Assembly (NCBI GenBank): GCA_965223845.1
Contig: CBDCXR010000004.1
Coordinates: 2,432,001 to 2,496,000 of the forward strand
Length of the DNA: 64,000 nt
Source: Planctomycetota bacterium
Lineage (GTDB): Bacteria; Planctomycetota; UBA8108; SXIK01
Direction: 5' to 3'
This document shows, one piece after another, positions 19,557-29,500 of the stretch (within the stretch, counting starts at the first letter, position 1; every line of letters starts with the position of its first letter). The notes beneath the pieces were generated by a model. The model was given only the letters and a program-made list of their open reading frames with translations. It was not told where the DNA came from and searched no databases. The position numbers and the translations under genes are program-made.

Positions 19557-22500
19557 CTAGTCCGACGAATTCTCGTTCGCGGTGTTTGCCACCGGGATCG
19601 CTCCGGGCGGGAGGAGATGTTTCTGCAGCTCGCACAGCCAATCGACCACGCCGCGCGAGGCCGATGCGTCCGCGTTGAACGTTCCCGCAACGCCCTCGTC
19701 GAACAGCAGGTCACCGATATGCTCACCGAGCGCGCGGTAAGCTTCGAACTGGTCTTCATCGAAGAGCTGGTCCGCAGTGCTCTGGTGCGGAAACTCCGGA
19801 TGGCGCTCGTGGTAGTCGAGAATCTGGACGTCCTCGTCGCCCGTGAGCGAGGCCTTCACGTAGAGGATGTAGCCGCGCGGGAGCTTCTTCCCATCGAGGT
19901 CCGTACCGTAGTCGACGACACCGAGAGCGAAATGAGCCCCGCTGTACTCGTCTCGCGAGCGGCGAATCGACGATAGATCGATCTCGGTCGAAACTCCGAG
20001 ATCGATCTTCGCGTGGCGAAGCGCTTTGACGATAGCCCGGCACGAGCGGTCCGCGTCGGCCTCGCCGTCGACGACGATCATGAGCTTGCAGCGGCGGCGA
20101 AGGAGCTCGTAGAGACCGAGATTCTCGATGTGCCCCCCGTCCGAGACGTAGACGAACGGCAGGTTCTCGTGCACCTGACCGCGCGCCTCGCAGAGCAGGT
20201 ACCGGGCGTCGGGTGAACTCGGACCGGTCACCTTCTCGTGCCCTGGATTCCGCAGCCAGTAACCGAGGCGAAGGTTCGCGAGGGTCGTGAGCGGAGTCAA
20301 AGCGGCGATCGTGAATCGCCCCATGAGCGATGACACCGCCGCACCCGAGGTCGCCATCGCCGTCGCGAGATCGAGCGCCGGATTGACGTTCGTCCACTGC
20401 GCGGTCGGCCTATACCCGACGATCGGGCTCCCCGAGTGATGCCGGCTGTAGACGAAAAAGTCCGCGCGCCGTCCGCGCAGATCGGGGTTCTTGCTCGCCG
20501 GAAGATTTACCGCCGAGTTGATCAAGTGGTACGGCGCCGCTCCTGACGCGAGGTCGGCGAGCTCGCGTCGACGAGCCTGTCCGTTCGCATCGACAATAAA
20601 CGTCGCGGCGAGACGCGCTCGGTAAAGGAAATGAAGTGCGGTCTCGTTGACGTCTACGGAGAAGAAGAGCGCGAGCGTCGAGAGGCCCGCAACGAGCGCG
20701 AGACCCGTCGGCGTCAACGGGACGACGGAACCGAGGTGGATGGCGATCGCTAGCGCCGCCGCCGGCGCCGCGACCACGAGCACGAACGCTCCCCAGACCT
20801 CGAGAGATTTCGACGCGCGCGGGACGGCCGAGATCGCTACGAGAATCGCCGCGAGAAGGGCCAGCCCTCCAGCGACCAACGCGGGGTGGAATCGAAGTGC
20901 CGCGTCGTCCGCACTCAGGAACTTCTCGAATAGAGCAAGCGCGAGATAGAAGAAGCCCGCGACGCCGATCGTGAGTCCTGCGCCTCGAACGAAGACCGAC
21001 ACCGTGCGCGTCCAGCGAGAAGGGTGTCGCCAGTTCATAACGAGAACCGCCGCGACCGCCGCCGCGATCGCAACGAGGCCCAAGAGAATCCACTGCCACG
21101 TGAAGTCTCCGGTCGGTCCGCCCGTTGCGGCGTCCGGTGCGCCCACGCCCTCCGCCGACGACGAAGAGTCCGTCGCGAGAAGATTCGCGAGAACGAGGAA
21201 CGACAATGCGACAGCGACCGGCAAGACCGTCCCCAGGAGAGCGATCACGACTCCCAGCGCTCCGCGACGACGGCGGAAGAGGAAGAGGACGCCCGCGACG
21301 ACGAGACTGGCGCCGTAGATTCCCCCGACGACGAGAAGGAGTCGCCCGTCGGTTTGCCAGTGGCTGAATGCAGCGCAGGCTAGCTCCGCAGCGCCGAGGA
21401 CGAGCGATGCGACCAGCGTCAGCGCCGCCGCTTTCCCGACCGACGACGTAAATCCCGCGCGCGGCGACGCACACCGAAGAAAGAGGTACAGAAACGGAAG
21501 CGAGACGACAGTCACTCCGATCCAGCCCCAGACCTGCCCCGGAAGAATCGACGAGTTCGCCTCGAGGATCGCTCCCACGTGTTCGGGAGCGATCGCTGCG
21601 ACGAGCGAGGCGATCGCGATCAAGCCCGCGAACAGAACGGCGGTGTTGATGACGATCCCGTAGGCGATCGCCGCCGCCGCGACGGCCTTGCCGACGAGAT
21701 CGTCGACGCGAAGAAATCGCGCACCGTTTCGAACCGCGCGTCCGGCAACGGATTCGTCGCGGAGCTGCGTATCGACCGGTAGCGAAGGCGGCGGCGACGC
21801 CGTCGAGGCCGATTCGGAATCTCCCGCGCCCGACTCGTCACTCGGCGCCGTCTCCGGCGGGGATTCGCCTTCGGAAGACGACGCGGCGAGACACGAGCTG
21901 ATGAAGGCGCCCGTGTACCCTCCACCCGACACGGTCGAGAGGTAGTCGATGTCGCGAAACACCTTGTGCTTAACGAGCGACTGAACGAAGCCGAGCGAAA
22001 ACGTCGCCGAGCGGATGCCTCCGCCGGAGAGACTGAGCCCCGAGCGACCTTTCCGTTCGCCGCACTTCGAACCGACGAGTTTCCTTCGGCGCTCGATGTT
22101 CGCCGATTCGTCGGTGTAGATCTTCTCCCAGCCTTCGATGAGCGTCCGGCAGCTCGCAGCCGAGAGACTCCAGTCGTCGTCGACCGGATCCTTCCTCGGC
22201 TCGAAGCCCGTCTCCGTGCCGCGGATGTGGTTGTCTTCGGCGAGCTCCGCGAGGACGGTCATAAACTCGCGCACGCTCTCTTGAACGCCGACGAGCTCCG
22301 AACGGAACTTCCGGCAATCATCGTCCGATTTGAACGCGCCGGCGACGAGCTTACCGTGCCAGTTCGCGGTAAACGGACGCAGTCGACGATTGAGAAGAAT
22401 GGTGCTCAGCGTCGCGAAGTGCCACGCCTTGCGGCCCTTGTCCCTCGTCAGCTTCCGAACGAGATCGAAAAGCGAGAAAACGCTCTTCAGTGCTGTCGCT

Positions 22501-22724
22501 TCATCGCCGGAACGCGGGTGGAGCGGCTGAGTGGTGATCCGCGTGCGGAGCTCCGTGTAGAGATCCCACGCTGCCTCGCCGTCCTCCTTGCTCGGCTGCC
22601 ACGGCGCCTCCGCGAGATGGGCCAGCGGCGAGTCGCCCGTCGTCGCGTCTTCGCCGAGCACGCGCTCGAGCCTCGATTTCCACGTGCCCGCTGACGTCGT
22701 CTCTTCGTTCCCCGCTTCGACCAT
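19557..22724 (-). CDS. Membrane-embedded patatin/cPLA2-type phospholipase with an N-terminal helical domain of unknown function
   Basis: 'GLSLSGGGIRSA', nucleophile 'DYLSTVSGGGY', 'YVSDGGHIENLG', 'FPHQSTADQLFDEDQFEAYRALG'; a long multi-TM insert lies between the catalytic halves. ATG 22724 has a GGAGGGG RBS. Confidence 0.88.
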   Translation of the reverse strand: MVEAGNEETTSAGTWKSRLERVLGEDATTGDSPLAHLAEAPWQPSKEDGEAAWDLYTELRTRITTQPLHPRSGDEATALKSVFSLFDLVRKLTRDKGRKAWHFATLSTILLNRRLRPFTANWHGKLVAGAFKSDDDCRKFRSELVGVQESVREFMTVLAELAEDNHIRGTETGFEPRKDPVDDDWSLSAASCRTLIEGWEKIYTDESANIERRRKLVGSKCGERKGRSGLSLSGGGIRSATFSLGFVQSLVKHKVFRDIDYLSTVSGGGYTGAFISSCLAASSSEGESPPETAPSDESGAGDSESASTASPPPSLPVDTQLRDESVAGRAVRNGARFLRVDDLVGKAVAAAAIAYGIVINTAVLFAGLIAIASLVAAIAPEHVGAILEANSSILPGQVWGWIGVTVVSLPFLYLFLRCASPRAGFTSSVGKAAALTLVASLVLGAAELACAAFSHWQTDGRLLLVVGGIYGASLVVAGVLFLFRRRRGALGVVIALLGTVLPVAVALSFLVLANLLATDSSSSAEGVGAPDAATGGPTGDFTWQWILLGLVAIAAAVAAVLVMNWRHPSRWTRTVSVFVRGAGLTIGVAGFFYLALALFEKFLSADDAALRFHPALVAGGLALLAAILVAISAVPRASKSLEVWGAFVLVVAAPAAALAIAIHLGSVVPLTPTGLALVAGLSTLALFFSVDVNETALHFLYRARLAATFIVDANGQARRRELADLASGAAPYHLINSAVNLPASKNPDLRGRRADFFVYSRHHSGSPIVGYRPTAQWTNVNPALDLATAMATSGAAVSSLMGRFTIAALTPLTTLANLRLGYWLRNPGHEKVTGPSSPDARYLLCEARGQVHENLPFVYVSDGGHIENLGLYELLRRRCKLMIVVDGEADADRSCRAIVKALRHAKIDLGVSTEIDLSSIRRSRDEYSGAHFALGVVDYGTDLDGKKLPRGYILYVKASLTGDEDVQILDYHERHPEFPHQSTADQLFDEDQFEAYRALGEHIGDLLFDEGVAGTFNADASASRGVVDWLCELQKHLLPPGAIPVANTANENSSD

Positions 22725-22768
22725 CGGCCCCTCCGTCGGCTCGCTCGCTCCCGCTTTGACGTGACGGC

Positions 22769-22873
22769 ATCTTCTTCTGTCCACGAAACACTGTCAATCG
22801 AGGCGAGACGTTCGTACTCGTGCGGGCTCCGTGATCGACCGGCGTTGACATCGAATCACGAGAGGACGACACT
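22769..22873. promoter_or_regulatory. Back-to-back divergent sigma70-like promoters
   Basis: Minus strand: TTGACA (22797-22792)-N17-GAAGAT. Plus strand: TTGACA (22845-22850)-N17-GACACT. Confidence 0.5.
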
Positions 22874-22979
22874 GAGACCCAACGGTAACGATCGTGGAAC
22901 GGGCGGCTGTGGTCTCGCGCGACGCCCGCCGTCCAGTCGTGCGCCTTACGATCGAGCGTCTCGTCTGGGAGTCGACGTA

Positions 22980-23507
22980 ATGCCTCTCAAGCTCAGCTCC
23001 TTCAGCATCAATCTTCCGTTCGGAATCGGAGGGATGGACGTCATCGTCTCCGAAGCCCAAGCGAACGCGGCATGGGCGCTCTACGTCGAGCTCGCGACGC
23101 GCATCGCAACCGAAAAGCTCGAGCCTGGGCAGGGTCTCGTCCGTGAAGCCTTGACCTCGATCTACAAGCTCTTCGACATCATCCGAGGCGTGCTCAAAGA
23201 CCAGGGCCCGGGTGTCGCGGCCGGACCGAACTCGGTCGGGCCGATCGCGATCGAAGTGCTCAATCGCGGGCTCCGTCCGTTTCTGGTCCGCTGGCACACG
23301 AGCTTCAGCGAATTCGAGCGAGCGGAGACGAAGCGGCAGCGCGTCGAATTCGGCGCGGACGCTCCGGTGGTAATCGAGGACCGCGATTGGCCGGAGCGCG
23401 ACGCGTTTTACGAGGCGCTCGAGGAGAATCGTCTGGCTCTCAAGCAGTACGTCGACGCGCTCGGAGCGATCGCCGGCGTCGCGCAATCGGAGAGTGACGG
23501 TCGCTGA
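22980..23507 (+). CDS. Hypothetical helical protein homologous to the N-terminal domain of the neighbouring lipase
   Basis: 'AAWALYVELATRIATEKL...ALTSIYKLF...LNRGLRPFLVRWH' aligns with lipase 'AAWDLYTELRTRITTQPL...ALKSVFSLF...LNRRLRPFTANWH'. Confidence 0.85.
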   Translation: MPLKLSSFSINLPFGIGGMDVIVSEAQANAAWALYVELATRIATEKLEPGQGLVREALTSIYKLFDIIRGVLKDQGPGVAAGPNSVGPIAIEVLNRGLRPFLVRWHTSFSEFERAETKRQRVEFGADAPVVIEDRDWPERDAFYEALEENRLALKQYVDALGAIAGVAQSESDGR

Positions 23508-23537
23508 CGTCGGCCGCCTAGGGCGTGAAGGGACGCG

Positions 23538-25622
23538 GTGAGCGGAACCTCGATGACTCGTCTTCCGTTTCGGATCCAGGTCCTCCACCACCCGCAGTCC
23601 GATGCGGGCGCGCGATTCGCGCGAGCGCTATTCGATCGGTTCTCCCTCTCGCGCGGACCGCGGATTCCGCTCGTCTACGGGAGCGAGCAACCGAACGGCG
23701 GGCCGCCCGATCGACTCGAGCTCGACGCGGCGGAGAAATCGGTCGTCGTCGTCCTCGCCGACAAACGCATGGCGCGCCGTGTCGCGGGTGGCAGCGGCCC
23801 AGCGTGGGCGAAGTTTCTGATCGAGTCGCTCGCGCTCGTCCCGCCGGGCTCTCCCGATCACTGTGTTCTTCCCGTGGCGCTCGACGTCGGAGCGTTCGAC
23901 CTCGGATCCGAGCTCGAAGAGACGAGCTTCGTCCGCTTGGACGCGATCAAGGACGAAGAGAAGGAAGCGGAGCTCGAGTATCGAGTCGCGGTCAACAGCC
24001 TCGAAATCTTGGGGTTTCGAGTCCCAGACAAGTCGACGGTGACGAGCGATCGACCGCGTCCGCCGGTCAACTTCTTCCTCAGCCACGCGAAGCAGGACCT
24101 TCCCGCCCCGGGGGAAGACGGTCCCGTCGGCGCAATCCTCAAGCACTTCGCCGACGGTCGTGTCGATAGTTGGTACGACGCGAAAGACATTCGCGCGGGG
24201 GAAAACTTCGCCGCCCGCATCGAGAGTGGAGTCGATCGCGCCTCGGCGCTGATCGCGGTGATCACCGATTCCTTCGCCTCGCGCGAGTGGTGCCGGAAGG
24301 AGATCCTCTTCGCGAAGACCCGCTGCGGACCGGTGGTCGTCGTCGACGCCGTTGAGGCGGGCGAATCGCGCGCGTTTCCCTACATCGGAAACGCACCGAC
24401 CATCCGTTGGCGACCGGGCCCCTACGCAGCGCGAGACGTCGTCCTCGCCGCCGTGCGGGAGGCGCTCAAGTTCGAACATCACCTGGCGACGCTGCGCGCG
24501 AGAGAGAACGAGTCGACGAAGGTGCTTCCGAGCGCACCGGAGCTCATTTCCATCGCGGGGCTCGACGCAGCGGTTCGTCGCATCGTCTATCCCGACCCTC
24601 CCCTCGGCCGCGAGGAGCTCGAGCTCCTCGGGAATGCACGCGGCGACCTCGAGTTCACGACCCCGCTCTCGGAGCTCGCGTCGCACCGTCCGCACTCCGG
24701 GACGCGTCCGCATCGTCTCGGACTCTCGATCTCGGGGAGTCAAGACATCCGGGCGTACGGCGTCGGCCCCGAGCACATGGCCGCGTTCGCCGACGACCTC
24801 GCCCTCTTCTTTCTCCTCGCCGGCTCGCAGCTCGTCTACGGCGGCAATCTGTCCCACGGTGGCGGCGACGGGGACGAGGAGAATTTCGTGACGAGGCTCT
24901 TCGGCGCGGTGCGCAGTTACTCCCCGCTCGCGAAGGATCTCGGTCTCGAAGATCGGGCGGGCGTGTATCCACTCGTCAACTACGCGCCGTGGCCGCTTCA
25001 CCACGCCTTCTCCGACGAGCAGTACGATCAGTTCGGGAAGCTCGCGGGTCTCGAAGAGCTCGAGCGACCCCACTCGCTCGGCGTCGACGAGGGGGAGCTC
25101 GGCGTGAAGGACGGGGAGTTCTTCATCGCCGACACTCCGGCCCGGCGATTCGCCTGGGCGCGGTCGCTCACGGAGCTCCGCACGAGGCTCGTCGCAGAGA
25201 CCGACTCCCGCGTCGTCCTCGGCGGGAAGACGAAGGGGTTCTTCGGCGTGTACCCCGGAGTTCTCGAGGAGGCGGTTCTCACCCTCGAGTCGCAGGATCC
25301 GAAGCCACTCTTCGTCGTCGGAGCCTTCGGCGGCGCGGGACGGATCGTCGTCGACATGCTTCGCGGCGTCGACCGCGAGGAACTCACGACCGAGTGGGCG
25401 GAGCAGAATATCGACGACTACGACGCGGTCGTCGACCTCTACGCCCGCGCCGGAATCCCGTTTCGAACGCCGGAGTCCATCGCGGATTCGCTCCGGGCGA
25501 AGCGCGCTCTCGGTTTCGCCGGTGCGCTGCGGAACGGACTGAGCGACGAGGAGAACGAAGAGCTCTTCGACGGGACGGATCCACGGCGACTCGTGGAGCT
25601 CGTGCTCAGGGCTCGCGAATAA
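23538..25622 (+). CDS. TIR-like + TIR + SLOG (cluster-2-like) protein
   Basis: TIR: 'FFLSHAKQD..WYDAKDIRAG..SREWCRKE' (catalytic Glu present). Linker 'VYPDPPLGREE'. SLOG: 'LSISGS..LVYGG..RVVLGGK..GVLEEA..VVGAFGGAG'. Confidence 0.85.
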   Translation: MSGTSMTRLPFRIQVLHHPQSDAGARFARALFDRFSLSRGPRIPLVYGSEQPNGGPPDRLELDAAEKSVVVVLADKRMARRVAGGSGPAWAKFLIESLALVPPGSPDHCVLPVALDVGAFDLGSELEETSFVRLDAIKDEEKEAELEYRVAVNSLEILGFRVPDKSTVTSDRPRPPVNFFLSHAKQDLPAPGEDGPVGAILKHFADGRVDSWYDAKDIRAGENFAARIESGVDRASALIAVITDSFASREWCRKEILFAKTRCGPVVVVDAVEAGESRAFPYIGNAPTIRWRPGPYAARDVVLAAVREALKFEHHLATLRARENESTKVLPSAPELISIAGLDAAVRRIVYPDPPLGREELELLGNARGDLEFTTPLSELASHRPHSGTRPHRLGLSISGSQDIRAYGVGPEHMAAFADDLALFFLLAGSQLVYGGNLSHGGGDGDEENFVTRLFGAVRSYSPLAKDLGLEDRAGVYPLVNYAPWPLHHAFSDEQYDQFGKLAGLEELERPHSLGVDEGELGVKDGEFFIADTPARRFAWARSLTELRTRLVAETDSRVVLGGKTKGFFGVYPGVLEEAVLTLESQDPKPLFVVGAFGGAGRIVVDMLRGVDREELTTEWAEQNIDDYDAVVDLYARAGIPFRTPESIADSLRAKRALGFAGALRNGLSDEENEELFDGTDPRRLVELVLRARE

Positions 25623-25921
25623 TCCGCGCCGCTTGCCCCGTTTCAACTACACGATCTCGGCGATCGAAGAGCCTCCCTGCGCGCCACCGAGTCGACAAGT
25701 CGTTTCGGAGGCAGCACTTATCGCCTTGACAGCCCGGTCTTAATACGAGCACACTGGGCGCGTCGTCAGAACGCAGCGAAGGTCCGAATCGGTCGGACCC
25801 CGGGACAAGTGGACGCCTGTCGAATCGAACACTCGGTTTTCTTGTGTTCCTCCGAACAGACGACAACTGCGCGCGCAGGTTCGGGTGGGCAGTCGACGGG
25901 ACGGAGCAGTGAGGAACTCAC

Positions 25922-26314
25922 GTGTACATCGTCAACGCGAGTCAGGCGCAGATTGAGTACGATCTGTCGTTTTCGGGACAGTATTCCGGGACGCTCGACC
26001 CGGGCGAGGCGACGCAGTATCCCTCGGGGTTCATACCCTCGGGGGAGTCGGGGACGATCACGGTAAGCGGGTACAACAACGTCACCGTGACGGACGACGA
26101 AACGGTCGAGTACAAAGACAACCAAACCGTGACGGAGTCGACGGCTAGTCCGACGCTGTCGAACTGGTGTGAGTTCGAGTGGCAAAACGGGGCTTGGGAG
26201 CCGACGGGCATGAATCAGTGCGGCACGAATAAGGTCTGTCCGACGGTGGAGGAAGTAAACGCCAGCAAAGGTCCTGGGACGGACGGCCAGCAAATCTACG
26301 AGCAGTGCGAGTGA
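25922..26314 (+). CDS. Hypothetical acidic beta-rich protein with a 4-Cys C-terminal module
   Basis: GAGGA RBS before GTG; non-shadow composition; 'WCEFEWQNGAW..C...VCP...CE'. Confidence 0.6.
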   Translation: MYIVNASQAQIEYDLSFSGQYSGTLDPGEATQYPSGFIPSGESGTITVSGYNNVTVTDDETVEYKDNQTVTESTASPTLSNWCEFEWQNGAWEPTGMNQCGTNKVCPTVEEVNASKGPGTDGQQIYEQCE

Positions 26315-26593
26315 TCGCGGCGGGCGAAGAGGTCTCGTCCGCGGGTTCTGGCAGGACACCTGAGCCCGTACGACGATCTTAAAGGCTTCGTGAGGGTCGT
26401 GGACTCACCGAGCGACCCTCACCGAGCCACCCAGCGGGTTTCTGATCGGAAGAGTCGAGTTTCGAAAAGTCTAGCGCGAGCAGAGGTGGGACGAGCCTCG
26501 CTCGGGCGACCGGCGGTTCGTGTTCGACTGTAGTCGTCGACAGTCCATCCTGTCGAGGCACTGGCGCTCTTACTCTCCTTAGGTCATCTCCCA

Positions 26594-29500
26594 GTGAGTC
26601 CCGATCCCCTCGAGCGCCTCCGCGGTCAAATCAACGAGGAACTGGCTCGGCTCTGCGACGAACACCCGGAACGGAGCGGGGAGTTCACGACATTCGGGCA
26701 CGGCGTCGTCGCAATCCTCGACCGGCTCGCAGATTCTCTCGCCGGTGATGTAGACCGCACGGTATCGCTCGCGCCGGCAGACGCGGCCGCCCTTGATACG
26801 ATTTCAACTCCGGCGGGCGCCGGCTCTTACGAGGAACGGAGCGAGCTCGGACGTGGGGGGATGGGCGTGGTCCTCGAAGTCTGGGATCAGCGCATCCAGC
26901 GACCGCTCGCCATGAAGGTTCTCCTCAACGAGGGCGGCGCGGTGTCCGGATCGAACACGACGAGCGGCGTCGTCGCGCGGTTTCTCCGAGAGGCGCGGAT
27001 CACGGGCCAGCTCAGTCACCCGGGGATCGTGCCCGTTCACGAGATCGGCAAGGATCCCGCCGGTCGAGTGTACTTCACCATGCAGGTGGTTGCAGGTAAG
27101 AGCCTCAAGGAGGAACTGACCGACGCGCGTAGCGAATCCGAGACGTCCGCTCCGACCCGATTTCTCGGCGTCCTCGTTAGAGTGTGCGAGACCTTGTCGT
27201 TCGCCCACTCCCGCGGGGTCATCCATCGCGATCTCAAGCCGGCGAATATCATGGTGGGTCGCTTTGGCGAGGTGTACCTCATGGATTGGGGGCTCGCGAA
27301 GGTCATCCGCGAAACGGATGAGCTCTTCGGCGTCACCGAACTAGACCCAGGTTCTGGCGCGGCGTCCGAATCATCGGCGGTGGAAATGACCATCGACGGC
27401 GCGGTCATCGGAACTCCGATGTACATGCCCCCCGAGCAAGCGATGGGTCACATCGACGTCTTGGACGAGCGTTCGGACGTCTATTCTCTCGGCGCCATTC
27501 TCTACGAGTTGATCGCCGAGCGCGCGCCGTATCGCGACCAGGAGGGTTTGAGCAGCCCGATGGAAATCGTGGATGCGGTGCGAACTGGCCCGCCGACCGC
27601 CCTCCATCGTGTTCGGGCGAACACACCTCCTGAACTCCTGGCCATTTGCGAGAAGGCGATGGCCCGAGGCCCGGATGACCGCTATCAGTCCGCAGAGGAG
27701 ATGCGTGAGGATCTCCGTGCGTTTCTCGACAACCGAGTCGTTGAGGCGTACCGGACGGGAGCGCTCGTCGAGCTTCGGAAGTGGATCGCTCGCAATCGCA
27801 GCGAAGCCGCCGCGATCGGAGCCGCAGCGGCCATCGCAATCGCGGCGTTTGTGTCCGTAGCGTGGGTGCAGTCTCGCCGGGCCACGGATCTCGAGGAGTA
27901 TTCTCGTGGCGTCGAGGAAGCCCGCGGCCGCACGGAGCAGGCCCTCCGCGAGGAGGAAGCCGCCCATCGGCGTTCTCAGGGATTGTATCTCGCCGCTCAG
28001 TCGACTCGCGTCGAATCGGAGAATCCCGGTCTCGCGCTTCGACTCGCGCTGGAGTCGCACCGGGAACTCCCCAGCGTGTTCGCGAACAGCTCCATTCTCC
28101 GGTCACTGCGGGTATCGCATGAGATTTCGGACTCAGCATTTGGTCTAGATCCTAAGGGCTCGCCGCCTCAACTGAGTCCCCGAGGCGATCGATTCGCGTA
28201 CGCGCGAACGGATGGGGCGGTCGTCGTCGCGGATTTCGAGTCCGGCGCTACAGTGTCTCTGCTGGTCGACCAAGGACGACGACTGGATCAGCTCACGTTT
28301 CACCCTGACGGACAACGGATCGCGACGTCGTCCTCCGATGGGACTGCGTGCGTTTGGGACGCAGAATCTGGACGTCTCCTCACGCGCTTCACGGGTCACT
28401 TAGACGATGGCGACGAACCCTTTGTCGCGTCCATTGCGTTTAGCCCGGATGGCTCGCAGGCAGTTTCCGCGGGTCGCGGCGTCGCACGAATTTGGCGACC
28501 GGATACCGGCGAGGAAATACGAAAACTCCGCGGTCATGACGCGGCCGAATTGATACACGGCGCGGTCTACAGTCCAGATGGGTCGTTGATCGTGACGCAC
28601 TCGCACGATCGAACGGCCCGAATCTACAATACCGCGGTGGTCGATCTGGGCGCGGTCATCGCGAGGCACGAGGGGTGGATCAGCACTGCTCTGTTCGATC
28701 CGACCGGACGCTTCGTCTTAACGCTAGACGACGAACGGAATCGAAAGCCGACGCCCTCAATGCGCCGAATTCTTCGTGTCTGGAACGTATTGGAAGGGCG
28801 TGAGGAAGAACCCCGCCGACACGAGGAAAAGATCGTCGGCGCGTGCTTCACTCCCGACGGACGCAAGATCATCAGCGCGACGTCGGATGGAATCTTTATC
28901 TGGGACACCGATTCCGGCGAGTGCACGACTGTCAATCCGCTCGGAGGAGGAATTCCGTCCTGTATCGCGATTCGAGGCGACGGCGCGCAGCTCCTCGAGG
29001 GTCGATCCGATGGCACGGTTCGGATCTGGGACTTAGAGTCGATTGCCGTCGCCCGCGTGCTGCGCGCGCACGATTCGCGCATAACGTCGGCGTTGTTCAC
29101 TCGTGACGGACGCGGAGTCTTGACGAGCTCGTTCGATGGAACCGTGCGCGCTTGGCGCACAAACCGTCATCACGAGCTTAGCGCCACGCGCGTCGGAGGC
29201 GAGCCGAGGTTTGCCGAGGTCAGCGCGGACGGGAGGTTGATGGTCGCGGCCGTGCTCAACGCCCGATCTGCTACCGTCTCGTCGGTTGGCGACCCCCGCC
29301 CCTCGATAGTGCTTGATCACGCCGCGAACATCGCGGGGGTCGAGCTGCGTGCTGAACAGAACACTGTCGTTACCTGGGACAAGGAGAAGACAGCACGGGT
29401 ATGGGATATAGAGAGCGGGCGTCTTCGTTCGACGATCGGCCCGGTATCAACTCGGAGCGTGAGTCGAGACGCTCGTTTTTTGATGGGAATCGGTTCCGAT

